Source of the DNA: Rhizophagus irregularis | Lineage: Eukaryota | Length of the DNA stretch: 64,000 bases | Assembly (NCBI RefSeq): GCF_026210795.1 | Contig: NC_089434.1 | Coordinates: 682,001-746,000, forward strand | Direction of reading: 5' to 3' | Shown here: in pieces, positions 37,003-51,587 of the stretch | How the letters are laid out: each line of letters opens with the position of its first letter | How positions within the stretch are numbered: position 1 is the stretch's first letter | Translations under genes and position numbers: made by a program | The notes under the pieces: model-generated | What the model was told of the DNA's origin: nothing | Seen by the model: the letters and a program-made list of their open reading frames with translations, nothing else | The model's database searches: none

Positions 37003-37419
37003 AATTTGGAATCATATTTAAATTTGTTGATGTCGATCCCTGTCACGTTTAGAGTACCATGTATAAATAATTTTCAATTGTGTAACATTTCAATTGTGTA
37101 ACCCTAATGTTATACTATAATCACGTGTAGCTTTAAACATGTGATCTCTTTGATGCTGCGGTTAATCTGCAAAATATCTGTCGATTAAAAATTAAAATGA
37201 GAATCATGCATTTCGTTAAAATTTGATTGAACAAGTTATCTTATCAGATACATAAGATATTAAAAATTTTTAGTTCTTTCAGCTAATTTAATTAGTAAAT
37301 AGTTTGTTTAAACTTTATACTTATACGAATACAATACATACGTAATAAAGTTAATTGAAGTTTAAGTTAAATAAAGAAATGAAAATTGAGTTAAATAAAA
37401 AAATATATAATTTACATGA

Positions 37420-38764
37420 AGATTCCACTTGCTCTATATCTCATAGTTCAGAACTAGCTTCGCTTACAAGTTTAATCATTTAGGATGAAGCCCCAATGAC
37501 GAACCAATATGCATTTGAAGCTTTAGATCGAACTTTTGAGAGATATTATGAAGGCTTTGAATCCAAATTTAGAAGGAAAACCATTTGGAGGTAAGGTTGT
37601 ATTATTTGGAGGTGACTTTCGGCAAATTCTTCCTGTTGCTGTAAAGGGAAGCCATAACCTTGAACGAATTTGAAATTGATACGTGAAGACATTGTTGAAT
37701 TATGTTTATGTCAATCTACTTTGTGTAAGCATGTAAATGTTATGAAACTAAAGATTAACATGCGTCTTTTTAATGCTACTACTAATAATTCTGATACTGC
37801 TAAGCAAGCTGAATTTGCTAAATGGTTACTTAAGGTCGTGTTCCTGCAATTTCTAAAACAGAAAGTGATATTATTATACTATCTGAAGATATTGTTTTAT
37901 CATCTCAAGACCTAAATGACCTAATCAAATTTGCGTATCCTGATCTTTCAATGTATTCTGACCCAAGTATTTTGTTGAACGTAGAATACTTGCTCCTACA
38001 AATGAATATGTTAACTCCATCAAAACTATTATTATGAATCAATTTCTTGCTGGAGAAGCATTTGAGTATCTCAGTGCAGATACAGTTGAGGAAGCAGATG
38101 ATCAAACAAGAGTTTCTCTACTCTTTAACTGTTAGTGGTCTTCCACCTTATAAGTTAATATTGAAATTGGGAACTCCAATTGTACTATTATGTAATCTTC
38201 AACCTAATGATGGTCTCTGTAATTGGACAAGATTAGTTTGCCGCACTTTTCAGAATCATGACATTGAAACTGAAATAATTACTGGAAATCATCCTGGAAA
38301 CCAGAGTTTTCATTCCTCGCATTATGATGTCCCTTCAGAAACAGAACTACCTTTCATTTTCAAACGTCATAGCATTTGCAATGACCATAAATAAGTCTTA
38401 CGGGTAAACATTAAACTGGGTTTATATCTTCCAACTCCTGTGTTTTCTCGTGGACAATTCTATGTTACCTGTTCAAGAGTGAAATCAAGAAAAAATTTGA
38501 AAACTCTTATTACTATACGGCATGGCAAAAATGTTACACATAATGTTATGTATCCTGAAACCTTTCAATAGAAACTGTTTAGATTATTTTATCATTCTAT
38601 TATTTATTTGTTATTTGTTCGGATAGCTCATGTAAAATACAAGAAACTGTTTTAAAGACAAATTTAATTAAAATCTTACATGATTGCCACCTATTTTTAA
38701 TTGTATTATGCTACTACAAATATTAAACCCACGAACCCGGGGCAACGCCCGGGATATCGGCTAG
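37420..38764 (+). mobile_element. Helitron relic: degraded PIF1-like helicase plus canonical 3' end
   Basis: Frameshifted DEAPM, FEALDRT, PFGGKVVLFGGDFRQILPV, GLPPYKLILK, GLCN.TRL. Hairpin cccggggcaacgcccggg (38736-38753) followed by CTAG|T at 38761-38765. Confidence 0.9.
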
Positions 38765-38806
38765 TATAATATAATATTTGTTATTTCGATTTATAAAAAA
38801 TCCAAT

Positions 38807-41175
38807 TTAAAATCCATCTAAAGATGAAAAAATTAACAAATTAGTAAATTAATTAGTTGCTTTAAAAAGAAATCTTATTTATGTGAGAACTTACCATCAG
38901 GAATTTCCAATTCATCTTGTACTTCATCATCTATAAGGAGAAAAAAATAAATAAAATTAAAAAAATAATATAAAATTAAATTAAAAATTCGCATACCATC
39001 AATATCACCAATATTTTGTCTTTTCATTTTTTGTTGAATTATTACTTTTTCACCATCTAAATTTTTAAATTAAAGTTACATTAAATAAATATATTGACAA
39101 AATAATTTTTACTTTTTTTACTTACCATCAATATCAATATCTTTCCTTTCCATTTGTTGTTGAATTATTTCTTTTTCGTCATATTATTTTTAAAATAAAA
39201 GTCACGTTATTTAGTAAAAGAAACTGATACAATGAATATTTTATTTCACTTATTTTACATACCACTTGAATTTACTTGTAACTTTATAAATTCTTCGGGT
39301 AATTTTTCACTATCACCTAAAATTAAGAACATAAAATAGATTTTAATATTTAACCTATTATTTCAAACAAAAATATTTATTAATTATTCTGCTCATTTGA
39401 TCCATTAAAATCGTTAACTAAAATAAATATTAATTATTAAACATTATTATATGATAATTCAACGCTGTACGCTGTAAGGATGTTAATAAATACTTACTAT
39501 TGTTAGGAATGTTAAAATCATACAATTTACTATGAAACACTATTAGTAGTAAAATAAAGTATTTTAAAAATTAAATTAATATAGTAACCGGTTAACAGTA
39601 GAAATTATTGTTTATATGATTATACCTTCTTGTTCTTTTATTATAATATAAATTCAGAAAAAGATAATATTAATAATGTATTTTAAAATAAATATATTCA
39701 TTAATAAAATATTATACATTTATACCTTCTGTTGCATTTCTTGGTTCAGGTAGATTTCCAAAGTTGTGAATTTTACTTGTAAATAATCTGCTACTCGAAT
39801 AATTTTCTTCTACTTCATTAATTTCAAAATTATCTATTTCTGATTCATCTGTATTTTGATAATCTAAATTTAATCTTTTCATTCTTTCCCAAAGTGCAAC
39901 AGTGTCAGGTCTTTTTAATGGATCAGCATCCCAACATTCTTTCATTAAATTTTTATATTCTAATGGAGTTCCTGGCCCGATTTTTGGTCTTATATCATTA
40001 ATAATATTCATTACAATATCATTTTCATGTTCATAATTTATAAATGGTGGTTGTCCAGATGAAATTTCCCACATAAGAATTGCAATACTATAAATATCAG
40101 ATGCATAAGTATATTCTCTTCCAACAATAACTTCGGGTGCTATGTAAGGAAGATTTCCATATATACTTGTTGAAGATTTATCAGCAGGTCCACAAAATCC
40201 AAGATCACTGATACACCAATAATTATTTAATTGTGAATATAATATATTTCCGGAATGTAAATCTCTATGGATTGCCTTCTCTTTATGAATAAAAATAAGT
40301 GCAAGAATTATATCATAAGAAATATTAATTCTATCTTTCCATGTAAGTTCATCATGATTTTGTTGTAAATATTTTCTTAAATCTATATCAAATTTCGCCA
40401 TTACAAGCATATAATTTCCGTTTGATGGATTTTGTGTTAAACCAAAACATCGAGCAACATCCGGCCATTTATTACTTATAGCTAAATGTGATTTAGCCTA
40501 AAAGACAATAATTTGTAAAAATGCTCATATTAATATAAAGACTGCATAATTTTATACAATAAATTTAGAATATATTATACAAACCTCTTCAAACCAACTT
40601 TGATTTGCACTTTCAACATTTTCTAATTTTTTTAATATTATTTTGGAAGTTCCATCTCTTTTTAATTGTTTTTTTCCAAAATTCCATTCTTCATATCCTC
40701 CATTAATCCAATCTGCTGTATAAATTTCTGAGAATCCACCTTTTGTTAAATATTTAATATTTTGTAAATTATTATATGGGATCCATTCAACTACCATATC
40801 TGGCGCGAGTGCTTCCATTTGACATTTCTGTATTAAATTATCAATATCATAATTTCCAGATGTCCAATTTGAAAAATTTTCTTTTAAATAATTCCGGACA
40901 CAATATTCACAATATAATGTAGCTAAACATTTTTGGTTGCAACTTTCACAAATTCTTCTTGTACCATTATTATCTATAATTTTATTTCGGTCATAATCTT
41001 CAATTAAAAATTTTATTGCTATAGTTTTTTCATCATATGTAAGAATTTTATCAACAAGGACTGTTTGTCGTTGGAACTCAAATTGTTTATGTATATCATT
41101 ATGAATTCTTGTATCAGTTAACGTTATTGCTCTATTTTTTGTTGCACAAATTAATTCATATCGAAGAGTGGACAT
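38807..41175 (-). CDS. TKL-type protein kinase with N-terminal Cys domain, multi-exon
   Basis: KGGFSEIY, HRDLHSGN, SDLGF, APE, SDIYS. 3' micro-exons end ELEIPDDGF*. 3' exon chain approximate. Confidence 0.88.
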
Positions 41176-42700
41176 AATGCAATTAATAAATTAAAAGGAA
41201 AAGAAAGAATTATGTTTCAAGTTCGGTTACTCGAAATAAATTAAATGCAAATATTTGATCAAAACTTGTACCATCATATGAATAGATCATAAGGCGCAGT
41301 ATCGACGATCGGTACGAAAATATAATTTGTGTGACAAACTTTATTATATTTAATATGACGAAAGAAAAATCCAGACTTTTAAAGTAATTGTGTATTCATA
41401 GACTAAATTAATTTATAATATTTTAAAATTCAATATAAATATAGTTGGTAAAAAAGTTCATCTTTCTAGATATTTTCAATTAGTAAATCTATTTAAATAA
41501 ACAAAGTATCAAGTAACGGATATTAGGAACCATTCAATTTATTATTCAAGTTAGAGAAGAACTATTGTAGTCTTCTTTGTAAATAATATGGATTATGAAT
41601 AAATAATTGAAATAAATATATAAATTGATAAAGCACATTAAAAACTGAATGAATAAAGAAACCATTTCGTTGAATTAACGTTAAGTATGTGTAGTAAGCT
41701 TTAGTAATAATGTAATACCATTATTATAGTATTACTGTTTAATAATGTTAATTACCTTATTCCTATAGTAAATTTTATTTTATTAGCAGTTTAACACTAC
41801 AAGTAAGTTATTCTTTGTTACACATGTTTATAAAACTTTTATTTAAATGATTTCACAAGTTTATAAAATTCTTATTTGATTTAGTAAAAAACGAACGAAC
41901 GTCACATGTAAAATTTACTAATTACATAAAGTAGACATATAAGAATAAATAAAATCATTTTTAAAATATAGATTAAATAAGTGCTAGGCCTCAAAAAGAT
42001 TAATGAATTAGCCACCCTTTTGACAAACCATTCACATTTTAACATTATATTCAATTATGCATAATTTTAAATTTTTATATGTTTTGTCTATAAAAAAAAA
42101 AAAATTAATAAAATATTTATAATGCTTTTTATGTGCAAATTATAATGAGCTTTTTGATGGCTTATCAATATCTATTATAATAAATTGAAAAGCTGAATGT
42201 TAAAATATAGATAATAAGCAAAATACATTTAAATATTTATTGATTTTCCGTTATAGAATTTACATTAAAATTTTTATAGTTTATTTTTCATCTAAACTTA
42301 TAATAATAGCGTAATAGTTAAAAGTTACCACATTAAATTTTTCTGTTTAACATTTAAAAATTTTAATAAATATATTTGTATTCTTCCTTTGATAAAAGAC
42401 ATAATCGTAAATTTTTATAATTCCAACGTCTTTCATGTAAAGGATTACTTGTTTTTTATCGATAAAATAGCTGATTATGTAGCCGATATACTCATTCTAT
42501 TTACGGTAAGTCTGATCATAAAAACAATGAATATAGTTTATTTCAAATTTATTATTTTCGTGTTCTGAAATTAAACAGATCTAGAAGTCCATATTTATAT
42601 TTATTGACCGTATCTTTGCGTAAAAAGTGCGATATTCTGAAATTTATGAAATAACAAGTATTTATTATGCAAGCAGTAAATTATCTATTCTCCTTTCTAG

Positions 42701-43140
42701 TTGATGATTTTAATAAATTAACTAAGTATATCAAAAATAATAGTATTGTTAAAGATGAATATTAAAATCAAATTTTATTTTTAATAATCATTTAAATTTA
42801 TTAATTTTCATTTGATAATTTAGGAAATAGTAAAATGTATTAAAGTATTCCAAAAAAATTGCATTTCGGACTAAGAGATGGTAAGTAATTAATATATATA
42901 AATATACGTACAGTACATATTTTTTTAACCATGACTGATTTTAATTATATATAAATTTTTTGCATAATCAAGATAATTATGAAAAAAGTTTTGTAAAACA
43001 GCAAGTGAAGAAACAAAATGTTGATAGTATGCAATCGTTTATAAATTTTGTATTAACAATTATTATTCTAAATATTCTTACTATTTTATTTTATAGACAA
43101 TAATGATGATATTTTTAATGATCTAAATTTTCATTCAGAA
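42701..43140 (+). pseudogene. Orphan 3' micro-exons of a kinase paralog (kinase domain absent)
   Basis: ag|ttgatgattttaataa and ag|acaataatgatgat...ttttcattcagaa match kinase tail exons at 30491 and ~30770-30810. Confidence 0.6.
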
Positions 43141-43597
43141 AATCATGTGTATTTTGCTATAATGTTTGGCTAGTTGAAGTAAGAATGAGTGCTTCTATAT
43201 TTTTTCTAAAGATTATCTGTTTTTTATTTAGACTAAATCTATCGCTTTTTTTGATAGGGTTTGAACCACGTAATGTAATTTCGCAACTCTGGTCGATATT
43301 ATAATTTTGTTCGAGTTACGATCATATTATCCGGATAATTTTGTTATATAAATGTCGTCACATTAAAGAAATTTTATATTGAAAAATCTTAAAGCTCGCT
43401 GAAAGTAGATCATGAATTAGATAAATCAATTTTAATAGAATAATAGCTTAAAAATTTTAAATATTCCTTTCTTATCTATAATGATATAAACGAAGTATAT
43501 TTTATTATTGATAAAAATCATGACCTTCATGTGGTGTGATTTGATAAACTAATTTACTCGGTTTATTTAATTCCTTTTTTAAATATTCCTTTTAATT

Positions 43598-43600
43598 TCT

Positions 43601-43631
<31 letters not shown>
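43598..43631. repeat. (TTTC)n microsatellite
   Basis: About 8 units. Confidence 0.85.
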
Positions 43632-43632
<1 letters not shown>

Positions 43633-45458
43633 TTTTCTTTTTTTCTTTCAATGATCGCGTAATCACTTAATCTATAAATTATTTCGATTTCTTCTTTATT
43701 AAAAAGATAAATATATTACTTCATTATAGAACTTATAAAATTTGATCCTTTTCAAAAGATTCTTTTATCTTCAGATGTAATTAATGAATATGCTTCAAAC
43801 ATCAGTTTTATTTGTAATTGATTACACGTGATCAAGATTCGGTGTGATTGGCTTGGACACAAATTCCTCGTGACTAAGTTTTTTAGGCTAGCTCGACCGT
43901 TTAAGAGGATAATTTAATTATTTGCTTAGCTTGAGAATTCGAATTATTGGATCAGAATCATCATAACCTACATAATAAAAGGTATTTCCCTTGAGAATCA
44001 GTTAGATCAGATAATAAAAAATTTTTAAATAAACAAAATCAAAAGTTATATCTGGAGCTGGAATTCTTTCAAGAAGGTTACATTTATGAATCCAGTATTT
44101 TGGAAGACGAATGTTTACATCTGGAGAGATGGTAAAATATAATTAAAATAAAAGTATTCGACAAGCCACGCTCTCTTATTATCAAATATTAAGGCATCCG
44201 TACCACGTCAATTATATTATAGGCAAAACATTGCCGTTGGAATAAATTTATTCATTATTATTAAGGAAAGAAAATTTTGTTATCGTTATCGAATGATATT
44301 TAAGATCACGACGATGTAAATATCAATGAAATTTTGAAATTTTCGTCTGTGGTATCTTAATCGTAAAAATATAAAGTTTTGAAAAATTCTTTAGATAAAA
44401 TACTTGGCGAGTTCTAATGGGGCGGGTATGTATTATAATCGGAAAAGACGATGTTTTCTTAAAAAGATTATTATATATACATATGATACATCCGTCCCAT
44501 ACGTCCGTTCTACTTCGAGTTATCAAAAGAAAAGAAATAATAATTTGGCGTCAGCGGACACAATTGTAAAGCAGTTTTGCGTGAAAAAGATGCATACAAT
44601 TTATTGGTGGAGAACTAACGAATTTTCAAAGTTTGAAAAGTGAATAATAGAAAACTTTGTTTAATAAAGTAACAAACTATGATATATGCAAGTTATGAGA
44701 ATTTAAATTTTTTCATATTAGCATAAAAAAGTCGCATGTTCGAAAAATTGGACTAAAATGTCAATCACTCTTAAAACTCTAATCTTCATACATATTTATG
44801 TTATTATCAGACGATCGGGAACTGCCGATGATCATTAGTGATTACACAACCGAGTAATTGACCCAAATGATCACAACGATCATTCCAATCATTCCAAAAA
44901 AAAAAGTGATCAGTTAACGTAAATATTCTACTGATTGTTCCACGAATTAACTTATTAGATATGTATAATAACTTCTAAAACAGATTTTTATAGATTTGAA
45001 CGTGCGAAAAAGGAGTGTGAAAATTTTAATGCTCCCGTTATTTATTAATAATCGTGTTACGATCACGTCTTCATAAGCTTTATGAATTGCTAATTAATTC
45101 ACTCCGGACTTATGATGGTATTATATTGTTTTTAAGTAATGTTGTTTTTTTTTCTTTATTATAAAATTTAAAACCGATTATACAAAATTTAATATCAAAA
45201 GTTTAATAATATATCACATAAAGTATTTACATATAAAAAATAAAAATTCTTTTGTAAAAAGATATCTGAATATGAATGATCCTAATTTTGAATATGATAA
45301 AAAATGAAACCGATTGAAAATAAAATTTTGAAAAACATTTATTATCAATGCCCATTTAAGATCTATATTCATCATCCCGAACAAACATCGTCCCGAACAA
45401 TAATAATAAACCGCCATCTCGAAAAATAATATTAAAAAATTATGACGGAAAATTATAA

Positions 45459-46656
45459 TTATTTGTATTCGTCATATTTCACCTCAAATTTGATATCCAC
45501 TTGTTTATTTTCTTTTGCATATTCCCATAGATCTGTATAGATAACTTTCCTAAATTTAATACTAGCTTCTCGGAATTTTGCGATCTTCATGATTATATCT
45601 CTCTCGATATTCTCTGCCATTAGTCTCGCAAACATACAAACAAATACTCCACAAGAACTTCCATCTACTTGTGGAGGGTCTCCATTTCGAAACATTATAT
45701 CCAACGCAAAATCAACTTGACCGTTCAAATTTATCTCCCCAATTATTTTAGATTTACCTACGTTCGAGCCAAATTCTTCATTCCTTACTTTATATTTCAC
45801 ACACGCATCTCCCTTACACAACCTAATTTTATGAAAATATTCGTCATTCAACCACCTGATGAGATTTCCCCCAATATTGACGGCACCTTCTGTTGTTATC
45901 ATCCCTAGTGAATCCAAGATAGCAATTCTAAACTGTTCCTTCATAAATATTGCGGCTAAGATCCAATGTGACTCATTTATATTAATTGGAATAAAGATAA
46001 TATCTTTTTGAAAAATTTCTATCCTTTTTGTCCAATGTTCGATAGAAGAATATTTGTATCCGCCAATTTCTGTTAACCTTGTATAAAAAAATGTTGTAAG
46101 AGAAAATACACGATGAAATTTCGAATTCAAATAAGAGAGGTAGGCATTTATATGATCAGAAGAAAGCCAAATATGTTTGTCACATAAATCGTATAATTTT
46201 TCTGCCGTTATAGATTCGGAATTAATATATATAACGTTTTTATTGTTATCATTATTTCTACTTAACCATTCCATCACTTCTAATCGGGTGTCTTTTTCAT
46301 ATTTAAAAATTGCAGAAACTTCAGGAAAACTTTCTTCTAGCCTAACTCTGTAGCTGCTTTGTTGATTTGTTGATTTTCTAAAATTATAAGAGTCAGAGAT
46401 TCTGTTTATGTTATGATGCCTTAACGGTGGCGTACTTATTCTTGGACTTGTATTAATTATAAAATAAAAATTATTTATAAATAAAATAAAATACATTTTT
46501 TTTTTAAACAAACAAACAATAAGTTTTGAATATAATTAATTACCTTTCATAATAATCATTTGAAAACTTATATCTTTTTCTACTTGGCATCGTATCTTCG
46601 GCAGCCAGTTCATCACTAGCCATTATAACTTCCGTAATATCATACAGGTCTGACAT
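45459..46656 (-). CDS. Ulp1/SENP-family (peptidase C48) cysteine protease; exons 46656-46544 and 46446-45459
   Basis: WLSSDHINAYL, TTFFY, IFIPIN..SHWIL (His), ILDSL (Asp), QVDGSSCGVFVC (Gln/Cys). Upstream exon MSDLYDITE...YYE joins in frame. Confidence 0.88.
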
Positions 46657-48049
46657 TTTTTTTATATATTTAAATGGGAGAAACCAATAGAAATTATGGT
46701 CAAACTTTCGAGAAACTGGCGAAAAATGTAAGAAAGAGTAAAAGTATTTTTTTTTTTTGTTTGATTTTTTTAACGAAATTACGCGTTAAAAAAGTTTTAT
46801 CAAATACTAAATCTGAAAAAGTCATCAATATATGTTACTATAAGTAGTAATAAAACATGTAAGTTGACGCAACATTATTTGATAATTTGATTGATTTAAA
46901 TTACCTAACCCAAATCCGTAAATGTTGTATAACAGTAAAAAAATACCCCTTATTGCTTTTACTGCGGTATTCGCTGTACTACTATTACGCTTAGTGACAC
47001 GCTTCCCAGCCTTCCCACGGCTTAAAATAATTTTTTTTTTTTTGATGCGTTGACCGGTAATCCACCTTTGCGTTTACCATAGACTATTTATATATTTTTG
47101 ACTTGGAATATATAGTTATAGTGATACTTGTATATCGGTTAATACTTGATACTGTAATAGTAAAATTATCTTTGAACGAAGATTTTTATATTAGCAGTAG
47201 AATATATATTTACTACACGTTTAAGTAATTAAAAAAACTATCGAAAATGCAATAAATGACGATAAACCAAGAAATTAGGTGAGACATTAATTTTTTCTGC
47301 TTTGTAAATCAGAAGACATTCTTAACACGAGATTTTGAAAAATTATTAAGGTAAGATTTAATACCAAAAAATCTTTCGTTTTCCGTAATAAAAAAGAAAA
47401 TCTAGGTGATCAGCTTTTATTAATACTTCAAATATTCTTAACTACAGTTGAATGATCTCAATCTTCATCTGATAAAGAAGGCCGTTATAATTTACTTTAA
47501 GCCATGTAAGTTCATGCAATTTTCAGAATAGTAGTAATTTTCATCATTGATGGTGATATTATAACAGAACATGAATATAGCGATATGGTTGTCAGTACGT
47601 ATATAATGATCTTTGTAATTTTGTTGGAATTTTACGAGAAAGGACATGTATAAAAAAACATAGGTTAAATTATTCATGATGTTATTTTTTTTTTTTAAGT
47701 CATCAAAGTACGTATTTTTCTAAACACTCATGATTTTAGAAATTTCAGAGTTTTATTAAAGTATTTGAGTACTTTCCTAATCATCATACATCAAGAATAG
47801 ATAATATTATCTACACTTGAACGATATATAGGCTTTGCATTTGGTATTTATTTAAATGACATGAAAAATTTTACACGAGGCGAGGAAATTTTTGAAATTA
47901 CTCTTAAAAAAGATAATTTATGAATGTTGTACAAGATTAGAAAACAACAATTTCCTGGATAAACAAAATCTTAACAAGATTTATGGTAGATATTACTTTT
48001 TGAAAGTGCATCAGGAATAAGAGAGAATTGAGTGATATATAAAAGAATG

Positions 48050-48400
48050 TTTTTCAGCCTAATATTAACATACTGTGTCTTAGACAACACAAGTGCTATT
48101 ATGAGAATCATCATTGTAAATTAAGGATTATATTAATAGTTAATGTGTAATTATTTTCTTTAGGTAATACGTGTAAGCGTTATACACCATAAAAGTTTCT
48201 GGTAACATGAAAAACATGATCAAACCAAGCTTAGATCTAAGACGCAAATGCAAGTTCTGTTCAATGTGCCAGATACAATGTACATGGAATGTAGAAGGAT
48301 ATTTCAAATGAATGGCTATCCATTCTGGGATCTGCATCAGTTACGAAAACTTCACCATCTATTCAGACTAAATTCATCCATTCGTATATTCACGTCTATT
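48050..48400 (-). pseudogene. MULE (Mutator) transposase relic
   Basis: Frameshifted FVTDAD followed by YPSTFHVHCIWHIEQNL (MULE CxxH motif). Confidence 0.7.
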
Positions 48401-49035
48401 TCTTTTTAATTTCTGGCCAAATCTTTTTTTGGACCAAATTCGAATTCGAATGCAGAAAAATTCAAGTTTACTGTTGGTGGAACAGCGGAATTGTGGAATT
48501 GTCTTTAAAAAGAAATTTAGCTGTAAATATGGCTACTTGATATTTTTTCCGTGCTTGCTATATAGAAGAGAAATCATAGTATAAATAAATATTTAGTGGT
48601 TACCTCAATATTATACGAATCATTAATAATTAACCCTGAAGATAACAAATTAAGAATCTAGCTAAAAGTTTCCTTATATAATCGAATTAATCGAATTAAT
48701 CAAATCATAAAAAGGCTGATATACAATATAAAGGATGGCGTCCGCTACAACTGACTTAAATTATGAGTTACGCTCACCCTTCCTTTTGAATCTCTAAGTC
48801 ATGGAAATTGCTTGTTACTGCAACTTCTTATATCCTTGTTTATACATTATATTAAGACCATGAAACTTTACTTTAATAATGTAAGTTATTAAAGACTTTT
48901 GATCAAATTAAAAATCAAACGAATCAAGGGGACTCCGAAATAAGGTCACCAGTAAAAAAAAAAAATTCACGAATATCTTTCCTTTTATAGATAATGCCTG
49001 ATGGAAGCTATAACCTTTTTTGGATACTGACCGAA

Positions 49036-49120
49036 ATTATCATAATTCCGGCCCTGAAAAAATGCGTACAGCTAATAGAAAAAAATTTTGGGGCCTCTTT
49101 ATATATATTTCGGGATCCTG
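49036..49120. mobile_element. Solo right end of the TIR family seen at 14808-17967
   Basis: attatcataattccggccctgaaaaaatgcgtacagct is identical to 17876-17913. Ends atatttcgggatcctg. Confidence 0.65.
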
Positions 49121-49590
49121 ACCGACCAAGTTATACAAATTAAAAAGGGTCTAAAATAAATTATGTAGATCTATCCATTTATAGATAATATCAGCCAGAA
49201 TTTATTGCCTTTTATATAAAACGACTGATATTGCCATCTTAAAGAAATGCAAAATTTTTTATTGTATCTTATCTAAAGAGGTCCTATTCCGGATAATCGA
49301 TCGCTAATGTATTTAGGATTAATCTATCGCAAAGTAAAACTTATTATACAATAATATATTACGTTAACTTTTAAATTCTTTATTTACAAAATTTTATATC
49401 AGATTTTTTCGTTCTCATTTTTAAAATAACAATATAGAAATTTTTAATTACATTACCAACTATAGTATTATGATTAGTTTGTTCAAAAATAAAAAAAGAA
49501 ATTAAATATGGTACCAAGTTTTCATAATAAAAAATTTGAGCTTCTAGTATTTCAAATACCCTCAAACCCGAATGGCCCCGGCCCCCAAAT

Positions 49591-49744
49591 GGGATCCGTA
49601 CAAAATCCCGACGGTTCAAAATCCCGAATGGTACAAAATCCCGACAAATGGCCCGCGTTATGCAGAATTATGAAGAGTCACGTGATGTGTTTGACCAGCA
49701 TTAGAGTTCGGGATTTCGTACCTGTCGGGATTTCGACCAGACCC
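49591..49744. mobile_element. Small MITE with aaatcccga subterminal repeats, just past the kinase stop codon
   Basis: Three aaatcccga on the left, two inverted tcgggattt on the right. GGG...CCC termini flanked by AT. Confidence 0.6.
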
Positions 49745-49754
49745 ATTTCAAATA

Positions 49755-51587
49755 TTATTCAATATTATCAGGAATTTCTAAACCATCTTGTTCTTCCGGA
49801 TGAAGATTTGGACTATATGCTATTAAATAAAAAAAAATTAGAATATAAACAATTTTATAATACGAAAAAAAAATTCAATGATATATTTTATACAATGTAC
49901 CATCATCACATTTATAGAATTCTTGATGTAAAGCTAAAAAATTAAATATATTTATTTTTAATTAATAAATATTTATTAAATTATTTTTAAAATATAAAAT
50001 TATTAATTACCTTTTTGTTCTTCTATTAATATTTAATTTAGGAAAAAAAAACATTGTTTACATAATATTATTAAAATATGTTTAAATATGTTTAAATACA
50101 AAACAATAAATTAAATTATAAATTTTATTACCTTCTGATGCATTCTTAGGTTCTGGTAAATCTTCAAATCTATGCATTTTACTTTTAATTAATAACTCAG
50201 ATATTTTTGAGTTATTTGTATATACTTTCAAAGTATTATTTTTATCATTCAGATCATGTTGAAATGATTCATTATTATTTTTCTCTCGAAATTTCTTGTT
50301 GATTCCTTTTATTGCATCAAGGAGAGTTTCGATCTTGGGTCTGTTTTTTGGATTTGCATCCCAACATTGTTCCATTAATTCCTTATATTCTGAAGGAGTT
50401 CCTGATACAATAGGCGGTCTCATACCAGCTGTAATTTTCAACACTAGATAAAAGTCATGATAATAACCATAAAACGGAGGTTGTCCTGATGAAATTTCCC
50501 ACATAAGCATTCCGATACTGTAAATATCGGATTCAGCAGTATGTTTTTTTCCGACAATAACTTCAGGTGCTATATAAGGAAGATTTCCATATATACTTCT
50601 TAATGGTTTATTTGCAGATCCACAAAAACCAAGGTCACTAATATACCAATAATGCTCTTCTTCCGAGTATAAGACATTTCCTGAATGCAAATCTCTATGA
50701 ATTGCATTCTCATTATTATGGAGTTTATTAATTGCACTGCATATATTGATAACGGCCTTGAATTTTTCAAACCACGTAAGTTTTCCACGTTTTACTATTA
50801 AGTAATTTCTTAAATCCGTATCCATTTTAATCATTACAAGCATATAATCTCCATTTGGATCTTGCGTTATTCCGTAACATTGAACGATATTCATCCATTT
50901 GTTGCATATTGATAAATGTGATTTAGCCTATTAGAAAAAAAAAATTATATTTTTAATTTAAAGAAATTACTATATTATCTCTTTTTAATTTTGATTACAA
51001 ACCTCTTCAAACCAACTTCGGTCCGCACTTTTAAAATTTTCTAATTTTTTAACTATTACTTTTTGTTTTCCAAATCTTTTTAATAGCTGTTCTTTAGAAT
51101 CCCATTCCTCGTATTGTCCATCAATCCAATCTGCTGAATATATTTCAGAGCAACCACCTTTTGTTAAATAATTAATATTTTCTAACTTATCATATGGGAT
51201 CCATTCGACGACCATATCTGGTTTAAGAGTTTCCGATTGACATTTACGTATTAAATTATCAATATCGTTATTTCCAGATGTCCAAGTATAATAATTTGAC
51301 TTTAAATAATTTTGAACACAATATTCACAATATAAGGAGGCCAAACAATTTTTTTTACAATTTCCACATAGTCTTGTTTCCCCTGACTTAAAAAGGACTT
51401 TGTCACTATCATAAATTTGTAATAATACTTTCACTGCATCTTCTTTTTCATTAAAAGATAATTTTTCATTTTTATTGACGAATTCTCGTCTGAATTTATG
51501 TTGTTTGTGTATATCATTGTGTATCTTGTCATTCGTTAATTCGTACGCAAGGTTAATTACAGTATTAATTAATCCATAACGAGACAT
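49755..51587 (-). CDS. TKL-type protein kinase with N-terminal Cys domain, short tail
   Basis: KGGCSEIY, HRDLHSGNV, SDLGF, APE, SDIYS. Last exon YSPNLHPEEQDGLEIPDNIE*. Confidence 0.88.

Noticed and set aside
49508..49945. 145-aa plus-strand ORF
   Set aside because: Runs through a MITE and antisense to the last kinase exon, with no protein-like features.
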